Positions 40,050 through 52,412 of a stretch of 64,000 nucleotides of DNA are shown in pieces (positions within the stretch are counted from its first letter, which is position 1; each line of letters opens with the position of its first letter). The stretch lies in the NCBI RefSeq assembly GCF_009914755.1, contig NC_060947.1; one strand, 5' to 3'. The position numbers and the translations under genes were made by a program. The notes under the pieces are model-generated. The model saw only the letters and a program-made list of their open reading frames with translations, did not search any database and was not told the origin of the DNA. This DNA is from the human T2T-CHM13v2.0 reference genome, Homo sapiens.

Positions 40050-40570
40050 CCAGCCTTAGTAAATGCCCCCACCCACATCCATTTGTGATATCTTTTCATT
40101 TTCTCCCACCAAGAGGTGGAGTTTAAGCTCCCCCTTTTTGAATGGCATATGACCTTGGAAATTCATATGGTCGGAAATTCAAATTTCCCACCAAATTCCC
40201 ACCAAAGTTCCCAAAAAAGGTGGGAACGGAACGTAAACCCCCACCAAATTTGAATTTGAAATTCAAATTTGGTGGGGGTTTACGTTCCCACCTTTTGAAT
40301 GCCATGTGACCTTGGTAATTTGCCTTGACAAATACAATGTGGTAAGATTGACATCATGCCATTTCTAGGTTTAGACCTTAGGAGACCTTGAATGCTTCCA
40401 TTTATTCTCTTGGAACCCTGCTATCAACAGATGATGAAAGACTTAACGTTTTACTCACCCCATTCGACAGGTGGCCAATCATCAGACATGAGCGAGGCCA
40501 TTGTAGAACAAGAAATCCCCTAATCTTGGCTAGGTTTCCTCATAGGTCTGGGTTAGCTGTTGTGGGTACT
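40050..40570 (+). mobile_element. MaLR LTR, MLT1F/G-like, interrupted by a palindromic insertion
   Basis: 'ctcccaccaagaggtggagt...ttgacaaatacaatgtgg...ctcttggaaccctg...cagacatgagcgaggccat'. Confidence 0.75.
40228..40288. repeat. Perfect inverted repeat, 30-bp arms with 1-nt spacer
   Basis: ggaacgtaaacccccaccaaatttgaattt-g-aaattcaaatttggtgggggtttacgttcc. Confidence 0.98.
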
Positions 40571-41762
40571 CATGTCTTACTTTAAAATATGGTTATTTAA
40601 TACCTCTGTATTGTTATTCCTCTAAGAAGATGTAATAAGTCCTCTGGAAGATATGACATTAATGGACTTCGCTGAAGTTTTCTGTGACTCTTTATGTCTC
40701 TTGACATAAAAGACAAGAATCTCTTTAATAGAAACAAAGTATTTGTCTCTATATTTTTATGGTTGAAAATGTGACTTAAACTAGCTACAATGAGGAAAGA
40801 ACATGTTACTTGATTGAGATATGGTGTTTCCTTTAGAAAAGAGAAATGCAGTTCTTATTGATATTGTCTTACTGGCATTGTGTACAGTTTGATAGCATTC
40901 AGTATTGAGTCTTTTGTGTCACAGTTCTTGAAAAAGCTTTGATTCTTGTTTTAAGATTACCTATATCTTGAGTGATTTTGAAAGCAAGTGCCAAGAAAAG
41001 ATGTTCTATTGATGTATACATGACAGGTGAAATATCACACCTTTTCAGAAGGCTTCTCTGGTGAATTTAATTCCAAAGACAACCAGAGTGGAGGTGGAAG
41101 TAAAAGATACGATTTGTCATGTTATTATAAGTGCATTACAAAAGTAAAGAATCATAGCCCATGCAGGAGGAATGATGTAGGGTCTTGTTTATTAGACATT
41201 TTTCCCCAGGGTTTACATAGCTTAGGGATTATGCAAACAAAAACAAAATATATATAGTCCAAGATAAACAAGCCATATTGAAATTGATATGTATGTATGG
41301 TATTAAATATTGTTAGATTTTTCTGAAATTCTCATTTTTTATATATTCAACACACATTACTTTAATTGTACGTATTAAAAAAATTTATCAAAATAATCAA
41401 TGATATAAAATCTCTCCTTATATGATTTAAAATAATCTAGCTATGTCAGATTAAAGGAAACTATTCTGTACCTCTATATCTGGTCAACTCAGGATTTAAC
41501 CAATAGGGCCCAGGGTATTTTTAGTCTAAATAATATACATTTATGTTTAAATCATTGATTTGAATCTAATGGCAGCTTGTTGAAACATCAACTGAGTGCT
41601 TGACTTTCACAGACAAGTAACACATTTTTGACTGTAGCATTTCATCTGAACAATACAAGGTCAATCCTCATATAAAGTATAAATAAATCAGGGGATTCTA
41701 TTGTATACTTATAACACATATTCATATATTAGAATTTTATGAAGTTAAAAAGATTTTATTTT

Positions 41763-42644
41763 CTTAAAGATTATTTTTAGAGCAGTTTCAGGTTCCCAAC
41801 AAAGTTGAGAAGAAGGTACAGGGATTTATTTTACACCCTCTACCCCTACATATGCATAGCCTCTCTCATTATCAACATCCCCCACCAAAGTGGTGCCTTT
41901 GTTACAATGGATGAGCTTATTGTGTTGACACATCATTATCACCTAAAGTCCATAGTTTTCACTAGAATTCACTCTTGGTGTTATACATTCTATGCTTTGG
42001 GACAAATGCATCCACCATTATAGTATCATATGTATTTTCCCTGACCTAAAAATCCTCTTTAGTTCTCCTATTCATCTTTCCATCTGCCTAGCCCCTAGCA
42101 AATACTGATATTTTCCTGTCTCCACAGTTGTGCCTTTTCCAGAATGTCATATAGTTGGAATCACTCAGTATGTAACCTTTTCACATTGGCTTCTGTAACT
42201 TAGTGATATGCATTTAAGTTTCCTCCATGACTTTTTATGACTTGATAGCTGATTTATTTTTAGCACTCAATAATATTCTATTGTCGGGATGTACCCAGGT
42301 TTATTTATGTGTTCACCTACTGAAAGACATATTGGTTGCATCTGAGTTTTTGCAATTATGAATAAAGGTGCTATAAATATTCACGGGCGGGTTTTTATGT
42401 CAAAATACAGTTCCAACTCCTTTGGGTAAATTCCGAGGAGTGTGACTACTGAGTCATATGGTAAGAGCATGTTCAGTTTTGTAAGAAACTGCCAAACTGT
42501 CTTTTAGTGTGGCTGTACTATTTTGCATTCCAAACTACAGTGAATAAAAGTTCCTGTTGCTCCGTATTCTTGCCAGCATTTTGTTGTCAGTGTTCTGAAT
42601 TTTGGCTATTCTAATAGGTGTGTAGTGATATCTCATTGTTGTTG
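41763..42644 (-). mobile_element. L1MC1/2-like 3' end
   Basis: 'tttagagcagtttcaggttc...atcaacatcccccaccaaagtggt'; TSD aagattttatttt (41750-41762) / aagatttcatttt (42645-42657). Confidence 0.92.
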
Positions 42645-42847
42645 AAGATTTCATTTTTAGTCACAAAAATCATATAGCATTGGAAGGAATGTTAGATAGC
42701 ATCTGGTTAAAATCACCACTTAATGTATAAACTTACTCTGCAATATTTCGTTTTAAGCAATCATCTCATCCAGAATCCTTTTAAGACCATCTATGGAATG
42801 CTTCTTGTCATGAGATGCAGAAAAGCTGTATGCTACCAAACATTAGA

Positions 42848-44392
42848 AGGCCCCAGGGCTCAGTCCTTGGACATCTTTGCTTTGTGCACTTACTGCCTTG
42901 GAGATCTCTTCCAGTATCATGGCTTTAAATACCATTTTTATGCTGGCAATTCCCAAATTTTCATCACCAACCTGGACCTCTCCCCTGAACTCCAGACACA
43001 TGTATCAATCTGCTTAGTTGACATCTTTATTTTTTGTCTAAATGGGTATGTCACACTTAGCGACCCCAAACAAATTCCTTACTTTTTCTCCCACAGCTGA
43101 CCCTTCACATTCTTCCTCAGTAGTAACTTTATCCTTTCAGATGATCATGCCATAACCTTCATTCCTTTTAGCTCTTCTTTTTCATGCACTCCAGTCTATC
43201 AGCAAATTCTTTCAACTCTTCCTTGAAAAGAAGAGTTGAATGGACTCAAAATTTGACTAATTCTCACCACACCTGCTGCATCTTAGCCCAGTGCCCCTTG
43301 TCTCTCACCTGTTTTATTTCAATAGTCTTGTTACTGTTTTCTCTGCTTTCTCCCTTGCTCCCTTTAACTGTTTTATTCTGAATATGGCAGCCAGCGTGAT
43401 TCCTTCACTTACCAATTGTATGATATTCTTCTCTATTCAGCCTCTACTTATAATGGTCTTTTATCTCTCTCAGAATAAAATCCCAAGTCCCCACAGTTGC
43501 TCACAAGGTTCTCATGCATAAACATCTGGCTCCCCAATGCCTCTTAGTATATCCATTAGTGTTTTCCCCTTGTTTGCTCGACTCCAGGGCACAAGGCTCC
43601 TCTGTTACATCAGACACACCCCCTCCCACGTCAGTGCCTTGCACTTGCTGTTCCTTTTGCCTGGGATGCTTTCCACACAGCTATCTCATGAGTCATTCCC
43701 GCTCCCCTGCCTGTCACAGTCAGCTCCTTCAGGTCTTTTCTCAAACACCTCTGCTTAGTGAGTCCTTCTCTAGCCACCTGATTAAACTTGCAACCTACTT
43801 CTTAACTCTTTTCACCAATGACTTTTTATATATATTTAAATAATTTCTTATTGTCTGTCTCCCTTCACTTCAGATGTCAGCTCCATGAGGAGAGAGTTTT
43901 GTCTGTTTTGTTCACTATTATATCCTGCATGCCTACAAAAGGCCCTGCTTTATATACACCATAGAATACTATGCAGCCATAAAAAGAACGAGTTCACGTC
44001 CTTTGCAGGGACTTGGATGAAGCTGGAAACCATCATTCTCAGCAAACTAACACATAAACAGAAAACCAAACACTGCATGTTCTCACTCATAAATGGGAGT
44101 TGAACAATGAGAACACATGGACACAGGGAGGGGAACATCACACACTGGGACCTGTCGGGGATGGGGGGAAAGGGGAGGGAGAGCATTAGGACAAATACCT
44201 AATGCATGCAGGGCTTAAAACCTAGATGACAGGTTGGTAGATGCAGCAAGCCACCATGGCACATGTATACCTATGTAACAAACCTGCACGTTCTGCACAT
44301 GTATCCCAGAACTTAAAGTAAAATAAATAAATAAATAAAATGAAATAAAAATTAAGTCCCCTGCTTAGTAAGTATTGATTGACAGAATGAAT
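42848..44392 (+). mobile_element. L2a 3' region, interrupted by an L1PA at 43951-44353
   Basis: 'ccccagggctcagtccttgg...gacctctcccctgaactccagac...tcagctccatgagg'; the L2 tail resumes after the L1 ('agtaagtatt...gaatgaa'). Confidence 0.88.
43951..44353 (+). mobile_element. L1PA7-like 3' end
   Basis: 'ggatgaagctggaaaccatcattctcagcaaacta...gggcttaaaacctagatgac...cagaacttaaagta' plus A-rich tail; TSD-like aaggccctgctt / aagtcccctgctt. Confidence 0.95.
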
Positions 44393-46250
44393 TATTTTTT
44401 ATACATTCTAAATATTAGGGAATTCTGTACTTGTAGGGTTTTTTTTTTCTCAACTGTGTATTTTAAAGGAGAGAAAGCAATCAACAACTCCTTTGTTTTT
44501 AATTTGGGTTTTCTATATTTAACAGATTTATCATTTTATTTTTTCCCTCAGTGAACTTGTTTATTAAAAAGAAATCTGTCACTAGCCAAAAGCTGTCTAC
44601 CTTTTAGCTACTCGGCAATATTGGTGCATAATCATGGGTTCTTGGGATGCTTCCAACTTTGGTTTGACCTTTACAGATTAGCTCTGAATTAGGGACCACT
44701 GCTGGGTGAGAAGTAAGGTGTAGGAAGAAGACAGATATTCCAACACAATCTGGAATAATTAGAAGGACGAAGACAACAAGGAAAGGAGACTATTTTCAGT
44801 GCTTCAGGCCTCATTTTTATAACTGCTGACACAAGCCTGCTATTAAAATAGTCACATTTCCTCAAATATTGGACTTTCAGATGCAAACGGCGCAGTCAAA
44901 TAGTTCTGTTAACATGACCTAATTTTCAGAGCTAGGTGTTATATGTGCTTTCATTCTGAGTCTGTAAACCTTTAGACCTCTGATTCTTTCAGCCCTAAGC
45001 TGATAGTATTATTGTCTAAAACCTAGCAATTTTCTCTGTAAACTTTATCATTTTGCATTTTATAAAATCCTTTATACTTACCTATGTAGAGCTTGGAGTT
45101 TACTATCCTAGGGAGAAGGAGTACAAGGCAATTAAAAAAAAAAAAAGCCCCGTATTCAAAGCAGAATGTTTCAAAAAGACTCTACTTCTGAAAAGGGGAA
45201 AAAATCACCATTGTTCTGTTGGCTGAATGTGTTGGAAGTATCTCAAAGAAGTACAATTGAATTAATTATATTTTCATCTCTGTGTACCCATTCAAGTCTG
45301 AGAACATGCACTTCACTGTAGTTTTACCTCCTTCTGGATTACACGAGAAGCTGCAAGATTATCAAGATGTCAGACATTCCTATTGGGATAACATGACATC
45401 TTTACTAAGGACTTCTGTGGGTCTGATGTTCTTCTTCCTAGAAAATCATATGAAAGATACTTTAAAAGTGCCATGTACCCACTTGAGCTTATTTTTTAAT
45501 TCTGATTTTTAAAAATATTTTACTACTTAAAGTGACATTTAAAAAGCATATTAAACAACGATATAAGACTCTGACTTCACAAATTAGTTTTTCTAAGAAC
45601 ATCTAATTAGACAACTTGGATTGTGTCTTACCAGGGTGCATAGATGTAACCAACCTAAGCCAGCCCTTTTGACAATCTGCAGTATCAAAGCAAAATGGAA
45701 CTCTCGTCTTATACTTACATTAGTACATAGGTGGTCTTTCTTGCTCATCTTTATCCCCTTTTTAAAAACCATAGCATAGTGAGTAACACATCTTATATAC
45801 TGCGTATTAGACACATTTCTGTTTATCTTTGTCCCTGTCTTATGAATCTTCATTTTGATTATCTGAGCAGTGTTGCTGATTTGCTCTACTGGCTTTATTC
45901 AACTAATGCCAGTACTCCCTTATTGGACTAAGGTCTTAAAACTACCGTGTGCTTATGTGTACTAAAGGTAGTTACTGTCTGCAAGTGAGGAATACATTTG
46001 ATGGAACTGATTAATTAGGGTGATTTTCTGTTTTTGTGGTCAATTGAAATCTTTTGTTAATTTTAGCTTTGCTAATTTTAGCTGAATTTTCTACAGTAAT
46101 TTTTATTTATCCATAAGTATTTGATTTCTGCAAATTGGAAGTAAAATCACTCATGTTTGTTTACCTAGTTGGAGCTCAGATTTTTATTAAAATATTGTTA
46201 AAATTTTATTAAAATATGCCTATAAAAGCATAGTGACTGGCTGAATGCAT

Positions 46251-46716
46251 TGTGATGCTCACGAAAATGCCCTCTCACATCTCCTACCGCAAGAAACACA
46301 ACTGAGTACTGGGCTCGAGATGCTGCTTTCTGGATCCATCACAGCTTTGGTGCTGAGGCCCCACTCTTCTTAGGAGCTGCTTCTAGTCAGTGACAGAGTG
46401 CAGCAGCAGGGGTACTAAAACGGGCCCATTGCTGAGGGATGTGGGAACTCCACTGATGGCAATGTGAGCTCAAGAATCCCCATGAACTTTACACTGCACT
46501 ACAGTGTAAAGCTTGTTTTCCTTCCTCCCTCTCTTCCCCCTATTCTTCAAAGAGGTTAGACCCACATCGAGGTGAGATCGGTCTCTTGGCCTCCTCTGGC
46601 TTCCTCCTGTTTTCTTTCATAGGTGTTCCTCTCTGACCCTGCCTCTGATAACTCTTGGGTTTGTCTAATCTTATCTTTGTGTCTGCTTTTCCAGGAGGAG
46701 AACCTGGATTACCACA
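46251..46716 (+). mobile_element. ERVL solo LTR, LTR16C-like
   Basis: TG...CA termini, TSD-like tgcat / tgcaa, and motifs 'tctggatccatcac', 'gtcagtgacagag', 'gtctaatcttatctttgtgtctgctt'. Confidence 0.85.
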
Positions 46717-48774
46717 TGCAAAAAAGATGCTTTTGTCCAAATAATTTCATGTTTGGGCCCCTTATTCGTATTTGGCCACAAGTTTTAAAAACCTGATCTG
46801 TAGTCCTAAACTTATATACCCCTATGGTTTTTTTTTTTTTTTTGGAAGCTGTTAAATAAGTCTGAATATTCTCTTCATTTATGTTGTTGAACCTAGCATT
46901 CACTTCTTTTCAATTTGAACTCCGCCAACCAGTATGGAAAAGTATAGTCTCTTCTGTGTCTGCCAGTCAAAGGTAGTTTGTTTACCCCATTTAGCAAATC
47001 ATGACAACTTGATGACTCTTTACTAGGTCCACTACAATGTTGATATGTCGGAAAACACTTTCACAGGCTACTAGATCCTATTATGCAATTTTGTAACAGA
47101 GGCTCAGGCTGGAGTTAAGGACTCACACTTGCCTTGGAAGACGTGACACCCTGCTATTTAGAATGAGTGGTGCTTTGTTTTGTTGTGCCTGTTATCCAGG
47201 ATCAAGACAATGAGACATTTACCATCCCCCTGCATATCATTTTGGCATGTATCCTTGTGAAGGGTTGTAGGAGGCAGCAGTTATTAACTCCTTAACTGCA
47301 CACATATTTTGCAAAAATAGAAATTTTGCTTGTGGATAGCCTCCCAGAGTTGTTATGGTGACTCATCAACAATCATTTCTAACACCTGGATATCAATACA
47401 AATTATTTGGGAACTTTGGCGGTTAAGTATTACCTAAATCTTGGTGAAAATTCCTTCCTTATTAAAGTATTATCGGCATACTAACAGCTTGCTCCATACA
47501 TCCACAATTAATATTTCAATTTTATTAAAAACATCTGAGAATGCTGATTTTATAATGTCAACTTTAAATCTGGAGAATCTCTGAGCATGAAATGGTACAG
47601 TAGTTACCATCGAAGGAGCAGCTGAAGGTCAGCCTCTGAGGTGCATTAATTCTTCCAACATTAACTCTTGTAAAAATGTCACTTTATTGTTATTAAGTAG
47701 AGGTTCTTAAAAGGCCCATTAACTCTGGTGGCTACAAAGTGGCACATCAATTATAAATTTGTTTTATGTAAACGGAACCCCCAAATGACACCATCAACAT
47801 ATTGCTTTGTACTTAGGATCAAAATAATCAAAGCCACTATTTGAAAATGTATTTGCTTGATTTCTCAGACAGAATCTGGGGATAGCTGAGCAATCATATC
47901 TCATGCATTGAAGACAAATTGCCTCAGTGAAATTTCTATTATAGTTTAAGAAAATTATCTTCCTGAATTTGACACACTGAGGTGGCTGGGAATGTAGTTA
48001 TCCAGCAACACCTGCTTAAAATGCCAATAGGAGGTATGTGGTAACTTTGTTCCACTCAGTTGCTACACATGACCTTTGGAATTGCCACAGCTACCTTACA
48101 GCAGAGAACAGGGACGCACACAGGGATTTTCAGAGAAGCACTAAGGAAAATTTGAAATGAAGCTAAATTCAAGAAGTAAATGATACTTAGACCTTTTGCA
48201 AAGAAAACCCAGAGATTTTAAAATAGACAATAGCATGACAATTTATAAAAATGAAGCTATTTAAACAGTATGATGTATAGTATTCACAATAGCTTAAAAT
48301 ATTTTATTCCCAGGAGCAACCTAATCCATAACTTTTTTTTTTTTTGCTAAATGTTAGATGTTGATATTTGCAATGCATTGCCTTAAATTGGAAGATTATA
48401 ACAAATTTGTGTATTTTATGGTGTACTGTCTATGTATTGTCTCACAGCAGCTTTGATTCACTTCCATATTAACCTTGATAATTTGCTTCTTTCAACATTC
48501 AGGATGAAAACTACTTAATATAATTAAGTTGGCAAAGCCTGCATTTTGGCATTTTATCCCACTCTACATTTTCTTGGTACTGCTTTTTCTACCCTCTTAA
48601 TTTTTACACATGGAAATAACTCATGTGCCTCATTGTAAGTCAGTGTGTTATTTGCCAAGAGATATTCTGCATGAGGTCTCTAATAAGATATTGAAAGAAT
48701 GAAAGGCATTTTCTTATTGGACTTGCAGTCATCAGAATCCACAGAAGGGGTAAATTACGGCCAAAGCTTTACAG

Positions 48775-49053
48775 GGTAATGGTTAAGCATGCAGAATTGG
48801 TGCCTGAATGCTCGCCTTCAGATATTTGCTGTATGATTTGGGGCAAGTTCCTTAATCTCTTTGTGCTTTCCTTTTTTTTTTTACTTCTAAAAAGTGATGT
48901 ATAAATAGCATTTAGCACAATCCATCTAGTACACTGAGAACTCTTTATTATTATGGGCTTCTCAATATCCTGATATAGATAGACATAAATGCAAACCAAT
49001 CACAGAACAGTGCTTGGCACATAGGAAGTGCTCAATAAATAACAGCTACCATT
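48775..49053 (+). mobile_element. MIR
   Basis: 'gtaatggttaagcatgcaga...gggcaagttccttaatctct...agaacagtgcttggcacataggaagtgctcaataaat'. Confidence 0.8.
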
Positions 49054-49468
49054 AAAAATAGAGGCATGGGATTGATCTGGATTTTCTAAATCCTTGAAGT
49101 TCTAATAGTTTTGTACAGCATGGGGTGGAAATGAGCAGAGCAGTTTACAAAAGAGAAAACAAAATTATGAATGCAGACTGTCTACAGCAACTTCAATGCA
49201 ATTGCATAAAATAAATTATAAATATAAATGCCTGCAGTTTCCACGGGGAAAGCTCAGGTTAGTGAAGGGGGCCTAAAATGTAGGTATCATTGGTGTCGAA
49301 ATAAATATACCTTTGAAAACGACCTTTTCCAACCCCATTGAAGTTATCTACCTCTCTTATGAATTAAGTGTAGAAACATTGTGAGGAGCAGGGCCAAGGT
49401 TAATAAGCAAAGATTTCGGACCAAGTTTTTATACCTTTTTATCCTGTTTCCCCATTGCAATCCCCTCA

Positions 49469-49507
49469 GTGCATGTGTGTGCGCGCGCACACACACACAC
49501 ACACACT
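49469..49507. repeat. Alternating purine-pyrimidine tract (TG)(CG)(CA)n
   Basis: gtgcatgtgtgtgcgcgcgcacacacac..., read directly. Confidence 0.9.
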
Positions 49508-49694
49508 CTCACTCATGCTTCTAACAAAAATATGTTGTTACAGTACAGATTCTCAGTAAACATTTCTTAAATAAAGGCAGCCATAATGTATGTTTGTTAG
49601 CCTATATTAGTGTGAGGAAATAAAGTAGGGCTACTTTATAACCAAAATGAGGAAAATAAACAGTAAAAGAAAAATAACGCCAAAACAAATATGA

Positions 49695-50925
49695 TTTATT
49701 TATTTATCCAGGAATCACTTATCAACTACCTACAGATATATAGATCATTAAGATAGGGTAGCTGCCTTTGGGAAGTTTATAGCTTAAAAAGAATTATAAG
49801 ATGTATAAAAGTTTCAAAGTGTGGTTAAGGACTGTCATAGAAACTCTGTAAGATGAGAGTGTTTAATTTTACTGACTGTGGTTATGAGGAAAGTTTTAAA
49901 GAGAAGGTACAATTTGATAATATCATCATAGTGAGGTTTTCATTGAGTAGGCAATGGAAGGGCACAAACAGAAGATATAGAAGTGTGAAACATGGAGGAA
50001 CACTCAGAGAACTCCAAATATTTTGAAATAAGTAAATCATTGGGCTTTCCCAGAGGTATCACAAGAGATATGGTCAGACCAGAGTCAGATTATATACCTT
50101 ACCAAGGAATACTGATTTTCTAGATTGAGTAGTGTGAAACCAGAGACATAAAGGCAATTCAATTGGATGTATACTTTAGTAAGATCACACTAGGAATATA
50201 GTGAAGAGGACCAGAGGAGGAAAGACAAATTAAGAAAACACCAGCATGTCAGGTGAGAGAAAATGAGTAGTAGCAATAGGGATGGGGAATGAGGAATGCA
50301 TAAAAAGAGGAAGAATAAACAGGATTTGATCATCAATTGGACTTCAGGATGAAGGAGAGAAAGGAATCTAAGATACCCCTAGGTTTTTTGGTTTAGAGAA
50401 TATAGATGTGAAATTTAGGAAGATGTGAAATTTAGGAAGATGTGAAGTTTAGGAAGATGTGAAATATAGGTTTGATTATGCTGTATTTAAGGAACCTGTG
50501 GGATGTCTAGGCATAGATATCAGAGTTGGAGGGTGGGATCAGGGAATGTGGCTAGAAAGATATATTTCAGCAAATAATTAGTAGGTAAAATCACTGGAAT
50601 GCATGTGATGACACACCAGTAATGTGTGGAGTGGGAAGAGACCAAACGCAAAATCCTAGGAATCCAATTTAAAGAGCAGGAACAATTGGGGCAGGGGAAG
50701 GGGAGAGAAAGAGAATTGTTAGGAAAGTAAGACAAAACTCAGGATAAGAGAGCTGTGTTGTGGAAATCAAAGATAGAGTTGTGCTATGGAGAGATTAAAT
50801 AAAATGAGGTCATCAGTGACCTTGGCAAGACCAGTTCCTGGGAACAGAATGCACACAAATCTGATGATTGTTCTTGAAAAGGGACAGACATGAGTAACTG
50901 GAGTCAGCAAGAGTAAATGGTTGTA
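49695..50925 (-). mobile_element. L2 (L2b/c-like)
   Basis: Degenerate purine-rich L2 motifs ('tcaggtgagagaaaatga', 'gaaggagagaaaggaatctaagat', 'aggtcatcagtgaccttggcaaga'). Confidence 0.7.
50404..50470 (+). repeat. 17-bp minisatellite, about 4 copies (agatgtgaaatttagga)
   Basis: Read directly; one substitution each in copies 3 and 4. Confidence 0.95.
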
Positions 50926-50990
50926 TTAAGCAAATGAATGAAGTTGTCTCAGATCCTCTTATCTTGTAGTGTTGTGCCTAGCATATTTGA

Positions 50991-51312
<322 letters not shown>

Positions 51313-51491
51313 CAGTGTATCATTTTTAATTACTTCCGTCCTGTCTGCAACATTAGTTTTGGAAATAAGTACTAATAATGGCTAGAAAAGAAAAAAAAGA
51401 TCATATAATCATTCCAAGAAAATAAATTAATGAATAAATTAAATATTACAGTACACCAAAGAAGGGGGAAGTAATGGAATAATACCTTTTA

Positions 51492-51565
51492 TTTTTCCTT
51501 TAAATTTATTTTTAATTTTTGTGGGTACATAGATTAATATATTTATGGGGTACATGAGATGTTGA
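51492..51565 (-). mobile_element. Extremely 5'-truncated L1MA-type tail
   Basis: 'ttttgtgggtacatag...atatttatggggtacatgagatgtt'; perfect 14-bp TSD aataatacctttta. Confidence 0.85.
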
Positions 51566-52412
51566 AATAATACCTTTTAGTTTCATTAATATGTTTTCTG
51601 AATAAAGACAAAAAACTTATATGCACTTATTGATCTGTTGCAGTCATTTCTAGTTGTTTCTAGTTTCAGTTTCTTTACAGTTCATTATAATGCATTTACT
51701 TCTAGTGCACCATAGTTTTCTAGTTTAGAGCCTTAACGCCTACAAAGTTGCCAATGACTTTGTCTGGAGAGCCCTTTTTATTAAGTTTCATTTTGAAAAG
51801 TTTCTTTCACATCAGCAAGCAGATATACAAATAGGAAAAATCTTAATTATAAGGTAAGATTGGAAGAGATTTTTAAAAATCCTACTCTACAGTAAATTCT
51901 GGAAATTGCAATATAGTCCATATCTTTGTTTCTTTGGGATAAATTCTAGGGGCTTTCAAATGTCTCTATGTCAAAGAATATTTAATACAAAATCTCCAAG
52001 TGGTCATATAAATTGTTAGCAGTGAAGAAACTCAAGTTCTGTTTCTTGGTCTTCATAATCATGGTGAGATTATTGTTTATTTTAAATCTACCTTTAAAAG
52101 TGAAATTATGTAATACCTGTGCTTTGGAGATAGCAGCTGCATCCAAAGAGACCTTCAATGACTTTGAGACATTAGGAACTCCTGTTGAAATGAACCTATG
52201 TAGGCAAATCTGTGTTTGTCTGGGTTAGAATATGTGACTGAGAGTTCTCCCGATAAACTTCCAGGTAGAATTCAATGTTTACTCAAGGATAAGTCATAAA
52301 AATGAGTTAATTTGAAGCTTATGCAAATGTTGTTAAAACTCAACAGGAACCACAGCAAATTGCTTAAAACTTGGAACAAAGGAGTTTTTTTTCCAAGAGT
52401 ACTATTTTGACA

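Noticed and set aside
39119-40320. Repeats considered as a CRISPR-like or designed array
   Set aside because: No constant repeat-spacer periodicity and no associated genes; eukaryotic context; local duplication explains them.
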